A stretch of 64,000 bases of DNA from the human T2T-CHM13v2.0 reference genome, Homo sapiens. Positions 42,560-58,325 of this stretch are shown here, in pieces. A model generated the notes under the pieces. It saw nothing but the letters and a program-made list of their open reading frames with translations, was not told the origin of the DNA and did no database searches. The stretch is taken from assembly GCF_009914755.1 (NCBI RefSeq), contig NC_060942.1; one strand, given 5' to 3'. Position numbers and translations under genes: made by a program. Positions within the stretch are counted from its first letter, which is position 1; each line of letters starts with the position of its first letter.

Positions 42560-43460
42560 GTGCCACTGTCCCCAGGGTTCTGGCCTCTTTCCCTAAACAC
42601 TTCAGAGCTCCTGAGATGACCTGTCCACAAGCCCCTCACATGACTCAAGTCTCCAACCCCAGACACTCTGTCCCTTTTGAGCCCTGAATCTCCACCGAGA
42701 TGTCCTGACCGAGTTCCATATTGTCTCCCTATGCCTGAGACTCCCTCTGTCCACTCAGTCTCCCAATCTGACAGCACCAAGTCACCTTGGGCCAGTCCTT
42801 CGTCCCATTCATCCCTGAATTTCATCACTTCTGCACGATCTGGGCCTCAGACCAGGCCCTCACTGCTCTTCGCCAGGACTTTTGCCCAGCCTCTGACAGC
42901 AGGGCTGCCTGCAACCTCCCCACTCCCACCTCCCCCACTGCTGCCTGGGGTCTAAGCACACCCCGATCCAGCCACTCTCAGGAGGAGACTCTAGGGTGTT
43001 CATGTCCCTTTTAGACCAAGGCCAGCTTTCTCCTCTGTACCAGAAAGTCTGACCCCTCTTACTTCTCTCACTCCCCATCACACTTATCCCCACAGAGCTG
43101 CAGTCTGTGCTCCAGCTTCATTAAAAGTCCTGCATCTGGAATTCTCTGAGCCTTTTTGCAGCTCTAGACCTTTGAGTATGGAATGCTGCCTTCCTTCCCC
43201 CACCTCCTCCTCCAGGACCCTCTGGGCAGGTCTCCCAGCAGCCCCAGGTCTGGGAGGCTCTTTACCCCAAGCCTGGACCTTTGTGGGAAGGACTTTTCTC
43301 TAGCGCTCTGCAGCCTGGAGGGGTGACCTGACTATGAACCTATCTCCTTCCTCATCCCAGGAGCCTCTCAGGCACAGAGACTGCCTTGCTGACTGTTGTC
43401 TTCTCAGTGCCTACCATGTTTGCAGCAGGGCACAGCTGCCCAGTGAACACTGAATAAATG
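42560..43460 (+). mobile_element. L2-like degenerate fragment
   Basis: Pyrimidine-rich degenerate L2 3' signature ending ...cagtgcctaccatg...cagtgaacactgaataaatg. Confidence 0.5.
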
Positions 43461-43708
43461 CCCCTGCCAAAAGCACTAGTAATTTTCAAGTGAATCTTCT
43501 AGTGTTTCAAGCCTGGACAGTTGCAAGAGGTTATAGCTGGTTTTCCTGCTCCCAATTCTCACAGGCTCATCCAGTCTGGTCATGGCCATTGGATAGTTCT
43601 ACCTAAATCACTCATAGGGCACTTTCTAGTTCCAAAGCCTGCCTTTCCTTTGTTTGTCTACCACCAACTCCAAGCCTAACTCTGACAAGCACTCATTCAT
43701 CTTCTGCT

Positions 43709-43749
43709 GAGTGAGTGAATGAATGAATGAATGAATACATGAATGAATG
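43709..43749 (+). repeat. (GAAT)n tetranucleotide tract
   Basis: gagtgagtgaatgaatgaatgaatgaatacatgaatgaatg. Confidence 0.85.
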
Positions 43750-45849
43750 CTTTGTATATAGTAGAGATTCTTGCAAGTGGAGCCCATTGCTAGGAGACAC
43801 TGGGGGTGGGAGTTGTTAACCTGGGAGCAAGGGGATTTCGGGAAGCATCATCAGGAGGTAAGGAATCAGGCTCAGTGAGGTGCACCAGGGACTAAGATTC
43901 ACACGGGGAGAGATTTAAAGTACAAAATTGAGGGCATCTCACCTGTCTGCCCAACTGGCTCATAGACACATAATTTTTCAAGTTCTTAGGTGAGAAAGGG
44001 TTGCAAGTGGGAGTTGGAAGAGCTGTTTTCCTACCTAGCTGTAAACTTTAGGTGCAGAAGCTGGCCTCTGGGGAACTCAGCATGGACCAGCTCAGGTTGC
44101 TTGGAAGCTCCAAGGCCAGCAGCTGGACCAGGTGAGAAGTGGCCATGGCAGCCTATAGCACAGGGCCCAGGAGATCACTCCTCCTCCCAGGTCAGACATT
44201 CCTTGGTGGGGATAGAGGTTCTGCTTAAGGCAGGGTGAGAGCGAGCAATCTGACTTCTGATAGTCTCTTTCTGGTAGGAGCGGCCCAGGGAATCTTGGTG
44301 AAATGCACCTAAGGGTGCCAATTAGAGGCCAAGACTCCCAGTGTTTCTCACATTCCCTACTCCTCCTCCCATCTTGACTGGCTCACTGCTATGGCCCACT
44401 TCAAAGGCTTCCTCCTTTGGGCTACCTTCCCTGGATATCTTGCTAGGAAGTAGCCGCTTCCTCTCTTTCAATTCTATACCTGCATCCTGAACCAGTGCTG
44501 CCTGGGCACTCAGCCCACATTGCCTTGTGGCTAGTGTAGGTTCATTTTCCTACTCAGCTGTAGGTGCTATCTTCACATCCACCCTCCCAAGCACACAGTG
44601 CCCTAGATGGGCATAGCCAACTGCTTTAAAGTATTTCTGGATTAATGGTAGATCCGTGATTTTTAATAACCTTCAGGAGTTCTGCACTGACTTGGCCTAT
44701 TCCAATCCATCACTAGGCGAGCTTGTCTGAAGCAGCACCCCTGTGGACTGGTGGTTTGTTAGTTGGCTGTAGAACTCCTTGAGGAGAGGTTCTCCTTACA
44801 TTTCCAGGGAAATGACCTAGGCCCTCCCTCCTCAGAGTGCCATTCGTGAATGGGGCATCAGCATCACCTGGGCTACTTAGAAACACAGAACCTCAAAGAG
44901 TCAGAACCTGCCTTTGAATAGGCTCTCTAGGGGATTCATGCAAATGAATGCCTGGAAACCCTGGCCTAGGGGAGACTCTCACCAGGAAGCAGGGCTTTAA
45001 AAGGATGGGTGAGGAGTGACACACTGAACAGCTGCTGGGAGGACCAACTCCACCCCTCTCAACTTAGATGGGGAAACTGAGGCCCTGGGAACCACGGTGG
45101 CTCACACCAGAGAGTTAGCAAAACACACTTCCCTGCCTGGGCTCTGGAGACTGACTTCCCAGGTGCTAGCTTGTCTTCTAGCTGTGTGCCCGTGTGCAAG
45201 TTATTCTGCCTCTCTCTGCCTCAGCTTCCCCATCTGTAAGAGCCACCTCCTAGATCTGCATATTTAATCATTGAACGACCAGGACAGGTAAGAGTGTACA
45301 CAGTGCAGTGCCTGGCACACAGTGAGGCCCTGTAACTAGCTCTTGTTATTAGTGCTGCCCAAAGCCACATTCACAGAAGACAGTCCAGTATCCAAAGTGC
45401 CTGCTTGAAGCATGGCCAGAAGGCAAGCAGATGGTGGGGTGGGCAGTGATGTCAATGAGCAAATGCCTGCATCCATCCATCAGTACATTAACTCCTCCTC
45501 GAACAACTATGGGTGTTTGTCGAGTAAGGTCCTGGACATTCAGCAGTGAGGGAGAGAGCGGGGGTGGTCAGTGGGCAGAGGCCACTGAGGAATATGGGTA
45601 CCTGGGCATGGACCCTAGCGCTGCAGTCCACAGACCCCTGGGTCTCCGGCCAGGGGGAAATGAGCTCTTAGTGGCGGGTCTTTCTCTGGCCTGGTATCAG
45701 GGGCCTGGGCGGGAGAGCCAGGGCTGCGTGCTGCCTTCCCATGGCTCTCACGCTGGGCACCGGTATGCATCATGCATCAGCAAGGATCCTAGGGCATCTG
45801 CGGCCCATACCCTGGGTGGCAGCTGGCCTGGATGCAGCACAGGTTGAGC

Positions 45850-47760
45850 TCTTGGGGCATAGGCCTCCTTCCCACCTTGTCCCCCCGCTGTATGCCTCCA
45901 GGGCCTGTGGGCCGCCTGCACCTGGTCGCCGGCCTTGGGTTCTCCACCGAGCCTGCCTCTGAGTTATCTCCCCTGAGCCCCAGCACCTGCCGCCCATCCG
46001 CACTGTCCACCATCCCTGACATTCGATTCCCCCACGAGGCACCTCGCCTGTGCGTGCAGTACCTGTTTTGCTTCCACCCCATTCCCAGCAGCGGGTTCCG
46101 CACCTGGGATCGCACGTGAGATTTCCCCCCACCCCCCAACCGCATGCCTGGGCTCTACTACCTGCACCTGCCGCCCCACCCCTGCATCCCGCTCCGCACT
46201 TCCCGCGCATAGGTTTGGCCAGGCCCTCCCTATTGAGGCACCTGTTCTCCAAGACAGAGCCGCTGTGTCCCAGGTGCTCTGGGTGCAGGCGCGAGTGGGG
46301 ATTGAAGGAGGCGCTCTTATTCCACTCTGTCCGGGACAGGGGCGGCTTTGTCCTAGGGCACTCTTGCTTTAATAGAGAGGGCCCGGCCACACCCACGTGC
46401 GGGAAGTGCGGGGCGGGATGCAGGGTTGGGGAGGCAAGGGCAGGAAGTAGGGCCCAGGACGCGGTTGGGAGGGCGGGGAAGCTCAGCTCACTTGGATCCC
46501 AGCTGCAGGGCCCGCTCCGGGGGAAGCCCCCGAGCTTCCCGGTTCCGAAAGTGTGCAGCCACTGAGAATTTATTAGCCTCGTGGATCCCTAATCTTTCCC
46601 CTTTTCTACCCTTTGGTCAGCCGCATTCTAACAAACGGCAAGCACACGCCCCGCTGGGTAGCAGCAACCCGAGAACGCCCCCACCCCCGCCCCCGCCAGA
46701 CGCCGGTTCCCGCTTGAGAGGGTGAGGGTCCCGAGACCCCTGCGAGGAGGAGGGTCGCGGGGTTCCAGGATGCCGATGCCAAGCAGGAAAGATCACCTCG
46801 TTGCTTCTTCCACCGGCCTCTCCGCGAGACATAGCTAAACTTGAACTTGGCATTCCAAGGGTCTGGAAACATCTTCGTGGGACCCATCGAGAGGTTGTTT
46901 AAAGACTGGCACCCGCTCCCGCGCCCAGGTGGGGAAAGGGCTGGCCAGAAGTGAAAGTCCGGTCGGGGCGCCACACCTAGGCTGCGGATTCCGAGAGACT
47001 GGGAGGCTGGAGGCCTGGGAGGCGTGGCGGGGGCGGAGTCGCCGGGGGCCGGCTTCGCGCACTTCCCGGGCCCGGCCGGCCTGGATGGACTAGCCGGGGC
47101 CATGGCCGGCGCGGCGGCGGAGTCAGGGCGGGAGCTGTGGACCTTCGCGGGTTCCCGGGACCCGAGCGCACCGCGGCTAGCCTACGGCTACGGCCCGGGC
47201 AGCCTGCGCGAGCTGCGGGCGCGCGAGTTCAGCCGCCTGGCAGGTGAGGCGGGCGGGCAGGCTTGGGGGACACGAGGTTTCTGGAACCGACGTGGACGGA
47301 TCTTTTGCTCCTAGTGAGAGCGGCGCTACCTCATTCGGGCGCATTTTGAATCGAAACTCCAGGAGGGACGTGTCCACGCGTCCTCCTAGTAGACACGGCT
47401 CCCTGAGGTCCCACCTGCAGCCCCAAGGCTTCTTGCTACTCTTACTCTTCCGACTTTCCGGTGGGCAGGACCAACCTAGCCGTCTTCCCCTTTTCCCGCC
47501 CTCCGCGAGCGGGGCTTAGGATGGTTCTTGCCCTCTCTTGCGGGAGACCCCTCACTGTAAAGGGCCTGCTGGGGCCGGGGTTGCAAAAGACAGCATGTCC
47601 AGCGGCCGTGACCCTTCGGATGTCCTCCCGAGGTAGGAGCGGTGCGTGGACCGCCAGCGCCCGGGCTGGGACAGCACCTCTGACGGCGCGCCAGGTTGGG
47701 ACCGGGAGGCCAAGGCCTCTTGGCCGGGGCCTCCCGAGGCTGCGCTCTGCAGACTCCTCT
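45850..47760. promoter_or_regulatory. CpG island / bidirectional promoter of MOCOS (and COSMOC)
   Basis: High GC and CpG density; GC boxes (GGGGCGG at ~46410 and ~47030); ETS-like ACTTCC/GGAAGT at 46198, 46402 and 47061; E-boxes CACGTG at 46113 and 46394; no TATA box. Confidence 0.9.
47102..47243 (+). CDS. MOCOS: MOCOS exon 1 coding part: MAGAAAESGRELWTFAGSRDPSAPRLAYGYGPGSLRELRAREFSRLA(G)
   Basis: GCCATGG strong Kozak context; GTGAGG donor at 47244; matches the recalled MOCOS N-terminus. Confidence 0.95.
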
Positions 47761-49856
47761 GGGATAGCCTGTATTCAGCTTTGATTTTCGAAACCTCATT
47801 TTCCTTACTCTTACAGCGTCAGAACAATCCCTCTGAGCTCCAGTTCTCTGGGGGACTAGAAGAATTAGCAAACAGTGCAATTTCACCTTTAAGAACAGGG
47901 CGAGCCTGTGAATTAGACAACACCAAGATCACATCGTGCCTTTCCTCAGAGCGGAACAGGCTGATGAAATTGCAAATCAAGCTCCATCTGGCCTTGGCCG
48001 ACCCAGCCCTCTGCTGCCAGGGCCCAAGTTCGTGACTCATCCCTCTGCCAGGGACTTTGGGTGCAGGGCTTCATCAAGCCCCAGGGCCGCGTGCCGGATG
48101 GTCAAGGAGGGTGTGCAGGTGAAGTGGGCACGTCTTGGCACAGGGCACCGGGGTTTGAGTGTATCTGCTCTGTCGCGATGAACAACTGGTGACTGCTCCC
48201 CTTCTGGGGGCAGAACAGCAACCATGACTTAGGTTTCACTACTCGGGTAGCTGATTTCAGCGCTTCGGGTCACTTCCTGGTGTTGTGGAGGGTAACTGTG
48301 TTTTCCCTTTGGGGGCTGTGAGAACTGTGGCCTCCTCCTGTGTGTCTCCTCTGGCTTCCTAAGTAGGGAGAGTCAGGAGGGAGACGGGGGTGCCTTCTGC
48401 CAACCTCTCTATTCACTCCTCATCCTTCCCTCTCGCAGGGTCACCTGCTGGAGACAGCTCCTCACCCTTCTTTCGTATTCTCTCTCTCTCTCTCTCTCAA
48501 CTATTAATTATGGAAATTTCCTACCACTCAGAAATAGAGGGGTACTATGAATGCCTACAGGTGCTGGGGAGGGAGGCTCTCCATTCTTTGAAGCAACTCT
48601 TCAAGGCTACCTGAGTAATTATATCAGCACCGCACCTCCTTAATCCCCTAAATCTCCTCCAGCTGTGATCTCTCACGCCCACTATTGGCCAACCTCTCCC
48701 CTCAATGCTACCCTGGGAAAGTAGAGCTATGTTCTGGTCCCCTCCTGGTTTCACTCTTGTCCCTCAGAGAACAGTACTTTTCCCCTCAAATGCAAAATTG
48801 GGATGTGTCAGCCAGGCTGGCCCTCAGAACTCGTTACCACTTACTGTATGTCTGGTAGTGTTGTGGGCATCTTTTATTTAATGCAAGTTCCTTGTATTTC
48901 CTCTACATTACGGTTAAAGCAGACATTTGTGCACTAATCTGACGCCCCTCCCACTGCTGGGAGTCTTGGAACATGTCCACTTGTTTTTCTCCTAGAAACA
49001 AGACAGAGAGAGGGCGGGAAAAAACAAACCAAAATAACATCACCTCTTCCTCGTTCCTCCTCTCCCCTCATGAAGTTTTTCTGCCAATTTGAGAATTACT
49101 CTGGTTAAGTGGTGGCTCAGAATAATTAAATGCTTAAGATTTAAGTGCTGAAATGTGTTACCTAAAGATTTGGATGGGAACTTCCTTGCCTTTGTGAAGG
49201 GAGAGTATTGAATATACGGATGTGTGTCAAGGGTCTCTGGAAGCCTTCGTGCTGAATCATGACCACTCACCATGCTGGAAAGAGAACTGGAGGGGGATGA
49301 CCTAGAGCTGACCCTGGAATTCTCTTTCCTGAAGAAGGTCTGATGCCATTTAACTTTGGGGTAATTCACCTGTTTCTAATAACAGCTACACCTGTGTCCC
49401 GAGCATTGGACTGGATGCTGCCATATAGCAGCTCATTTAACCTTTGTCCCATCTGCAGATGAAAGAACAGGGGCCCAGAATGGCTACTGGTGGAGCCAGG
49501 ATTCAAGTCTGGGTTGATTGACTTGGATTTTGTACTGTTAACCCCTATGCTGCCTGACTTTCTCCTAACATCACATCTATGGGTGATTTAACACAGCTTT
49601 CCCACCCTTTTGTTTTTCCTGCAAAATTAACCATTGGACCAAAAGCCAAAGCATCTTCTTCTCCAATAGCTACTTGGCCCTCCAGAAGACTGTGGCACAG
49701 TGTGAGATGCTCCCCAGCAGCTTCCAGGTCTCACCTGTGGCCTTGATGCCTGGGTGAACAAAAGCCTTTCTTTTGGTTTGGTACCTTTGTATTTCTGAAT
49801 CTTTAGTAAAAGCGAACATTGTTTTAAAAGTATCTTTTTGGACTAGCTCATACATT

Positions 49857-50853
49857 TGATATGGTTTGGCTCTGTGTCCCCACCTAAATCTCGTGTTGAA
49901 TTGTAATTCCCAATGTTGGGGGAGGGACCTGGTAGGAGGTGATTGGATCAAGGGGGTGGATTTCCCCCTTGCAGTTCTCGTGAGGGTGCGTTCTCACAAG
50001 ATCCGGTTGTTTAAAGTGTGTAGCACAAACTGGGTATGGTGGCTCAAGCCTGTAATCCTAGCACTTGGGAGGCTGAGGTGGGCAGATCACTTGAGCCCAG
50101 GAGTTCAAGACCAGCCTGGGCAACATGGTGAAACCCCGTCTCTACAAAATATACAAAAATTAGGCAGGCATGGTAGCTCATGCCTAAAGTCCCAGCTACT
50201 GTGGAGGCTGAGGTGGGAGAATTGCTTGAGCCTGGAAAGTCAGAGCTGCAGTGAGCTGAGATTGCACCACTTCACTCCAGTCTGGGCAACAGAGTGAGAC
50301 CCTGTCTCAAAAAAAACAAAAAAACAAAACAAAACAAAAAAACTTTCTTTGGCCAGGTGCAGTGGCTCATACCTGTAATCCCAGCACTTTGGGAGGCCAG
50401 CCTGGCCAACATGGCAAAACCCAGTCTCTACTAAAAATATAAAAAAATTAGCCCGGTGTGGTGGCACATGCCTGTAATCCCAGCTATTTGGGAGGCTGAA
50501 CCTGGGAGGTGGAGGTTGCAGTGAGCCAAGATTGAGCCCCTGCACTCTAGCCTGGGTGGCAGAGCAAGACCCTATCTCTCAAAAAAAAAAAAAAAAAAAA
50601 AAAAAGAAAAAAAAGTGTGTAGCACCTGCCCCTTCACAAGCACCTTCTCTCTCTCTGTCTCTCTCTGTCTCTCCTGTCACCATATGAAGATGTGCTTGCT
50701 TCGCTTTCCACCAAGATTGTAAAGTTTCCTGAGGCCTCCCCAGCCATGACTCCTATACAGCCTGTGCAACTGTGAGTCAATTAAACCTCTTTTCTTTATA
50801 AACTACCCAGTCTCAGGTAGTTCTTTATAGCAATGTGAGAATGGACTGATACA
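49857..50853. mobile_element. MaLR solo LTR (MSTA-like) split by two tandem Alus (50029-50614)
   Basis: TGATATGGTTTGG...GACTGATACA ends; perfect 5-bp TSD ACATT; the Alu pair is bracketed by AAAGTGTGTAGCAC repeats. Confidence 0.88.
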
Positions 50854-51496
50854 ACATTTAGTGGTATCAGATTCAAAAGTTGCCAAAGGAGGGTGAAGAA
50901 TCACCAGGGAGCCTCCCTCTCACGCCAGCTGCAGCCACTGTGTCTACCTCAGAGTCAATTGCTGTCACTCATGTCTTGTGTATCTTTCCAGTGGTTGTCC
51001 ATATTTATGTGTGCATGTGCACACTTTTTGAGACGGGGACTTGCTCTGTCACCCAGGCTGGAATGCAGTGGCATGATCATAGCTCACTGCCGCCTTGACC
51101 TCTTGGGCTTAAGCTATCCTCTTGCCTCAGCCTCCCAAGTAGCTGGGACTACAGGTGTGCACCACCATGCCTGGCTATTTATTTCTATAGAGATGGGGTC
51201 TCACATGTTGCTTATGCTGGTCTCAAATTCCTGGCCTCAAGCAATCCTGCCTTGGCCTCCCAAAATCCTGGGATTATAGATATGAGTCACTGTGTCCAGT
51301 ACACTTAAAATACGTGTGCACACACACACACACATGTGAGCCATATGTCTCACCACTTGACATAGTTTGTGTTTAAGGTCTTTCTCTGCCATTATCATGC
51401 TATCTTCTATTTTGTTCATTGCTGTGTCTCCAGCACTTAGAACAATGCCTGACACATAGTAGGTGCTCAATAAATATTTCTTGAATGCAAATACAC

Positions 51497-53872
<2,376 letters not shown>

Positions 53873-54824
53873 CAACCCATTCTACACAAAACAAAATATT
53901 TGATAAGTGAATGAATGGATCTCTTCACATTATATGTACTTGAAAGTGTATCTCAGAGTTTGTTTCATGTCAGTACTTATTATTAGTGTACAATGTTTAT
54001 TTTAAAAGCGCATTGATGGATATTTAAGTTGTTTCCAATCTTTTGCTATTGCAGGCAATAGTTCGTCGAATAGCCTTATATTCAGGTCATTCCACAAAAG
54101 TGTGGGTATTTGTAAGATGAATTCCTGCAAGTGGAATTGCTAGGTCAAAGGGTGTGTACATTTTAAAGCATGAACTGATGTTGCCAAATTGCTGAGCATA
54201 AAGGTGTACCTGTGTACCCTCCTACCAGCCGTGTACCAGTGAGCTTGTTTCGCCACAGCTTCATTCACACAGTGAGGAATCCAACCACTGATCTCTGCCA
54301 ATCTGATCAGTAATCCGCGGTATCTCATTTTCATCTAAATTTGCATTTCTCTCAGAGAGAGGTTGGATGGATCATTTGCATTCCTTGTATTCTTGGAAGC
54401 TCTGCAGCTGCATTAGTGTTGAGGGGTGCAGAGCAGTGTGGGAAAGTAGGATCAGGGCTCTCCCCTCAGGGACTCCTCCCAGAACCTCCAGAATAGGTTG
54501 TGAGTGACAATGTGAAACAGCTTTGCCATCATTCATCACGAATGTCTGCTGGGCATCTTCTCTGTGTGGGATGCTGTTCCAGGTTCACAAAAGAGTGAAG
54601 AGAGCTGATTAATCAGGAGGGCTCTCTCAGTGCTTTAAAAGTCCTTCAGCATTAGAAGTGCAGTCCTTCCACTGCTCATGCCTACACTTGGATTAAGAGG
54701 CACATATCAAGAGGCACAAGTCAGTGGCCTGATGTTACGTCTGCATGCATTAGATGACATTGGTTGGGCTTACACAAACCAGATTCAGGTAAAATTTTAG
54801 TATTTATTTTGTGTTTTCTTTCAG

Positions 54825-54914
54825 GAACTGTCTATCTTGACCATGCAGGTGCCACCTTGTTCTCCCAGAGCCAGCTCGAAAGCTTCACTAGTGATCTCAT
54901 GGAAAACACTTATG
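54825..54914 (+). CDS. MOCOS: MOCOS exon 2: TVYLDHAGATLFSQSQLESFTSDLMENTY(G)
   Basis: CAG/GTAAAG boundaries; YLDHAGAT motif of NifS-like class V PLP enzymes. Confidence 0.96.
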
Positions 54915-57039
54915 GTAAAGAAAAACACCTGAAACAGGTTTTAGTCAACTACATGCAGCTGATATACCTGTGCATGTTAAACGCTGGATTAATAGGCCAG
55001 GAATATTCTGACCACAAAAAGCTGAATAAGCCCCATGTAAGATAGGGGCCAGGCAAGCACCCTGGGTCATTCTGTACTGTAAACATGTGGCCGGGATGGA
55101 GGGAGCTGGCTCAGGGACAGACACACAGGTTACTACCAGAAGAAGAGGCCAGTGTTAGGAAGGGCACAGAGATTCAAAGGTGCTGTATTTGGTGGTGGTG
55201 AGTGACCCTGTATAGTGCAGAGAGTGGGGCAGCAGGAGGGATGTTAATTCAGTCATTCACTCTATAACTGTTCATTGAGCCACTATGATGTGTGGGGGAC
55301 AGTGCTATAATGGGAACAAAATAAACATATCCCTTTCTTCTTGGACACTGTGATCTAGTCCTGGAAGACAAGACCTTAAGTGAACTCCAAATAGATGTGA
55401 TTACCAACTGTGTGAAGGACTATGGACAAAAGGTGCCTGGTTCCAGGCCAGCCTGTATCTGCAGTGACAGTGGGGTTGGCTTGTGCATGTCTAGGGAAAG
55501 CTTCCTTTGGAGTGGAGTGGATGCTGGAGGATGAGCCAGAATTCACTCAGACAAGAGGGGGAGAAGTGCGAGCAGGCAGGGTAACAGCCTGAGCCAAGAT
55601 CCCATAGTGGTTTCAGGAACCAGTCCAGGAACACGGAAGGGAGAAGAGTGGGAGAGGTCTGAATGGGGAGGGAGGGAGAAGAAGCCAGTGCAGGGCATTG
55701 TAGATGCTTGATCTTTGTTCTAGGAGCAATGGCATTGTCATCAGTGGCATTTATTTGCAGCACAACATGATCTCACATACTTTGGAAAGGGAACTTGAAA
55801 TCATAGTGGCAGTAGCAATTGTAATATTTGTGATGAGAATAACGATAAGTAACATTTATCAGGTACTCGCTATGAGCTTTCTCTCTTCAGCCTCACAACA
55901 ACCCAAGAGGCATAGGTTCTGGTATCACTCCTGTTTTATAGGTGAAGAAATGGGGCCCCAGAGAGGGCAAGTAACTAGCCTGAGGCTGCACAGGAAGGAC
56001 TGGAGCTTGGAGGAGCTAGAAGCTGTGTTTGCAGGCAGTTTAGCTCCAGAGCCCAAGCCCTTAGCCTCCACCAGAGTGCCTCGATTCAGGATACTTCTGT
56101 TATGCCACATTAAGGGGTTTGGATTTTGGCTCTGGGCAGCCAGCAGATATTTAAATCTGGGGAACAGTCTTCTGGGAAGGTGCCAAGGAGGGATTTATCC
56201 TGATTTTAATCTGCAGTTTGCAAAGGTTCTTGTAATTCTCCTTCTTTAACCTTTGCAAGAGCCATAACCGTGGGAAAGCCTGAGAGATGGCAGAGTTGAG
56301 ATTGCAGGTGGTGGTAATGATGCAGCGCTAAAGCCAAGCAGAGGAAAGGCAATGAGGATAATTACCAGGTCCCACAGGTTACTAGCAATGTGGAAACAGA
56401 ACATATGGTAGCTGCAGTGGCCAGAAATCCAGTGCAATCTTTCAGTGTATTTTGGAGGAAAAAAAAAGTCTAAAACTAAAGGGCAAATTCTGCGTTAATG
56501 AGCACATGTAGCTCCTGAGAAATGCTGGTGCCTGGTCTTATAGGTCAGGCCCTACCAAAGCCTGTCTGGGGGTTAAGTTTGAGGGAGGTCATGATACTCT
56601 GGGACACATTTGGTGAGGACACCGGGAAGGGAGCAAAACTAGAAGTTAAGAGGAAGAGTGACATTGGGAGGAGGGCCTTCCTCCTTGAAAGTGGATGGCT
56701 AAGGGCAGCACAGTGGCCCCCTTCACATATTTGGAGGCCGGGATCAATTATTTCTGCAGGAAAGGCATCAGCAGTGGTGGTGGGATCTGCAGGGCAATAC
56801 GTGGGGACTTAGATTAAGTGGCGTTCATGGCTCTGCTTCATGCTTGGAGAAAAGGGCATCCTCCTGAGGCTGTATACTGCATTCTCTGGAGTTAAACAGA
56901 GCCACAGCCACCTGTCTGGAACATGTAGAACAGACTCTTGCACTGGCCTGCTTCTGAGCTGACTTCCAGCTCTAAAATACTCTTCCCGATCACATTTGGT
57001 TTTACTAGTGAGGAGAGATTTTTTTTTTTTAACTATATC

Positions 57040-58180
<1,141 letters not shown>

Positions 58181-58258
58181 AGGGAGTGGATTCAGAAGGA
58201 ACACAAAAGAAGAGACCCTAAGTAGTGACTTGGTGGCCTTGTCTTTGTAACCTGCCAG

Positions 58259-58325
58259 GTAATCCTCACAGCCAGAACATCAGCAGCAAGCTCACCCATG
58301 ACACTGTGGAGCAGGTGCGCTACAG
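58259..58325 (+). CDS. MOCOS: MOCOS exon 3: NPHSQNISSKLTHDTVEQVRY(R)
   Basis: CAG/GTAAGC boundaries; GNPHS motif across the junction. Confidence 0.95.

Noticed and set aside
46947-46958. IRF/ISRE-like AGAAGTGAAAGT in the MOCOS promoter
   Set aside because: A single imperfect short motif; not supportable without ChIP data.
45431-48225. Many overlapping 100-200 aa ORFs around the CpG island
   Set aside because: Stop-poor GC-rich DNA. The two similar opposite-strand peptides are explained by the palindrome, not by paralogous genes.
55704-56249. 181-aa ORF in MOCOS intron 2 (also the 190-aa minus ORF at 63016-63588)
   Set aside because: The first overlaps L2/MIR-derived sequence; neither shows recognisable domains or exon structure.
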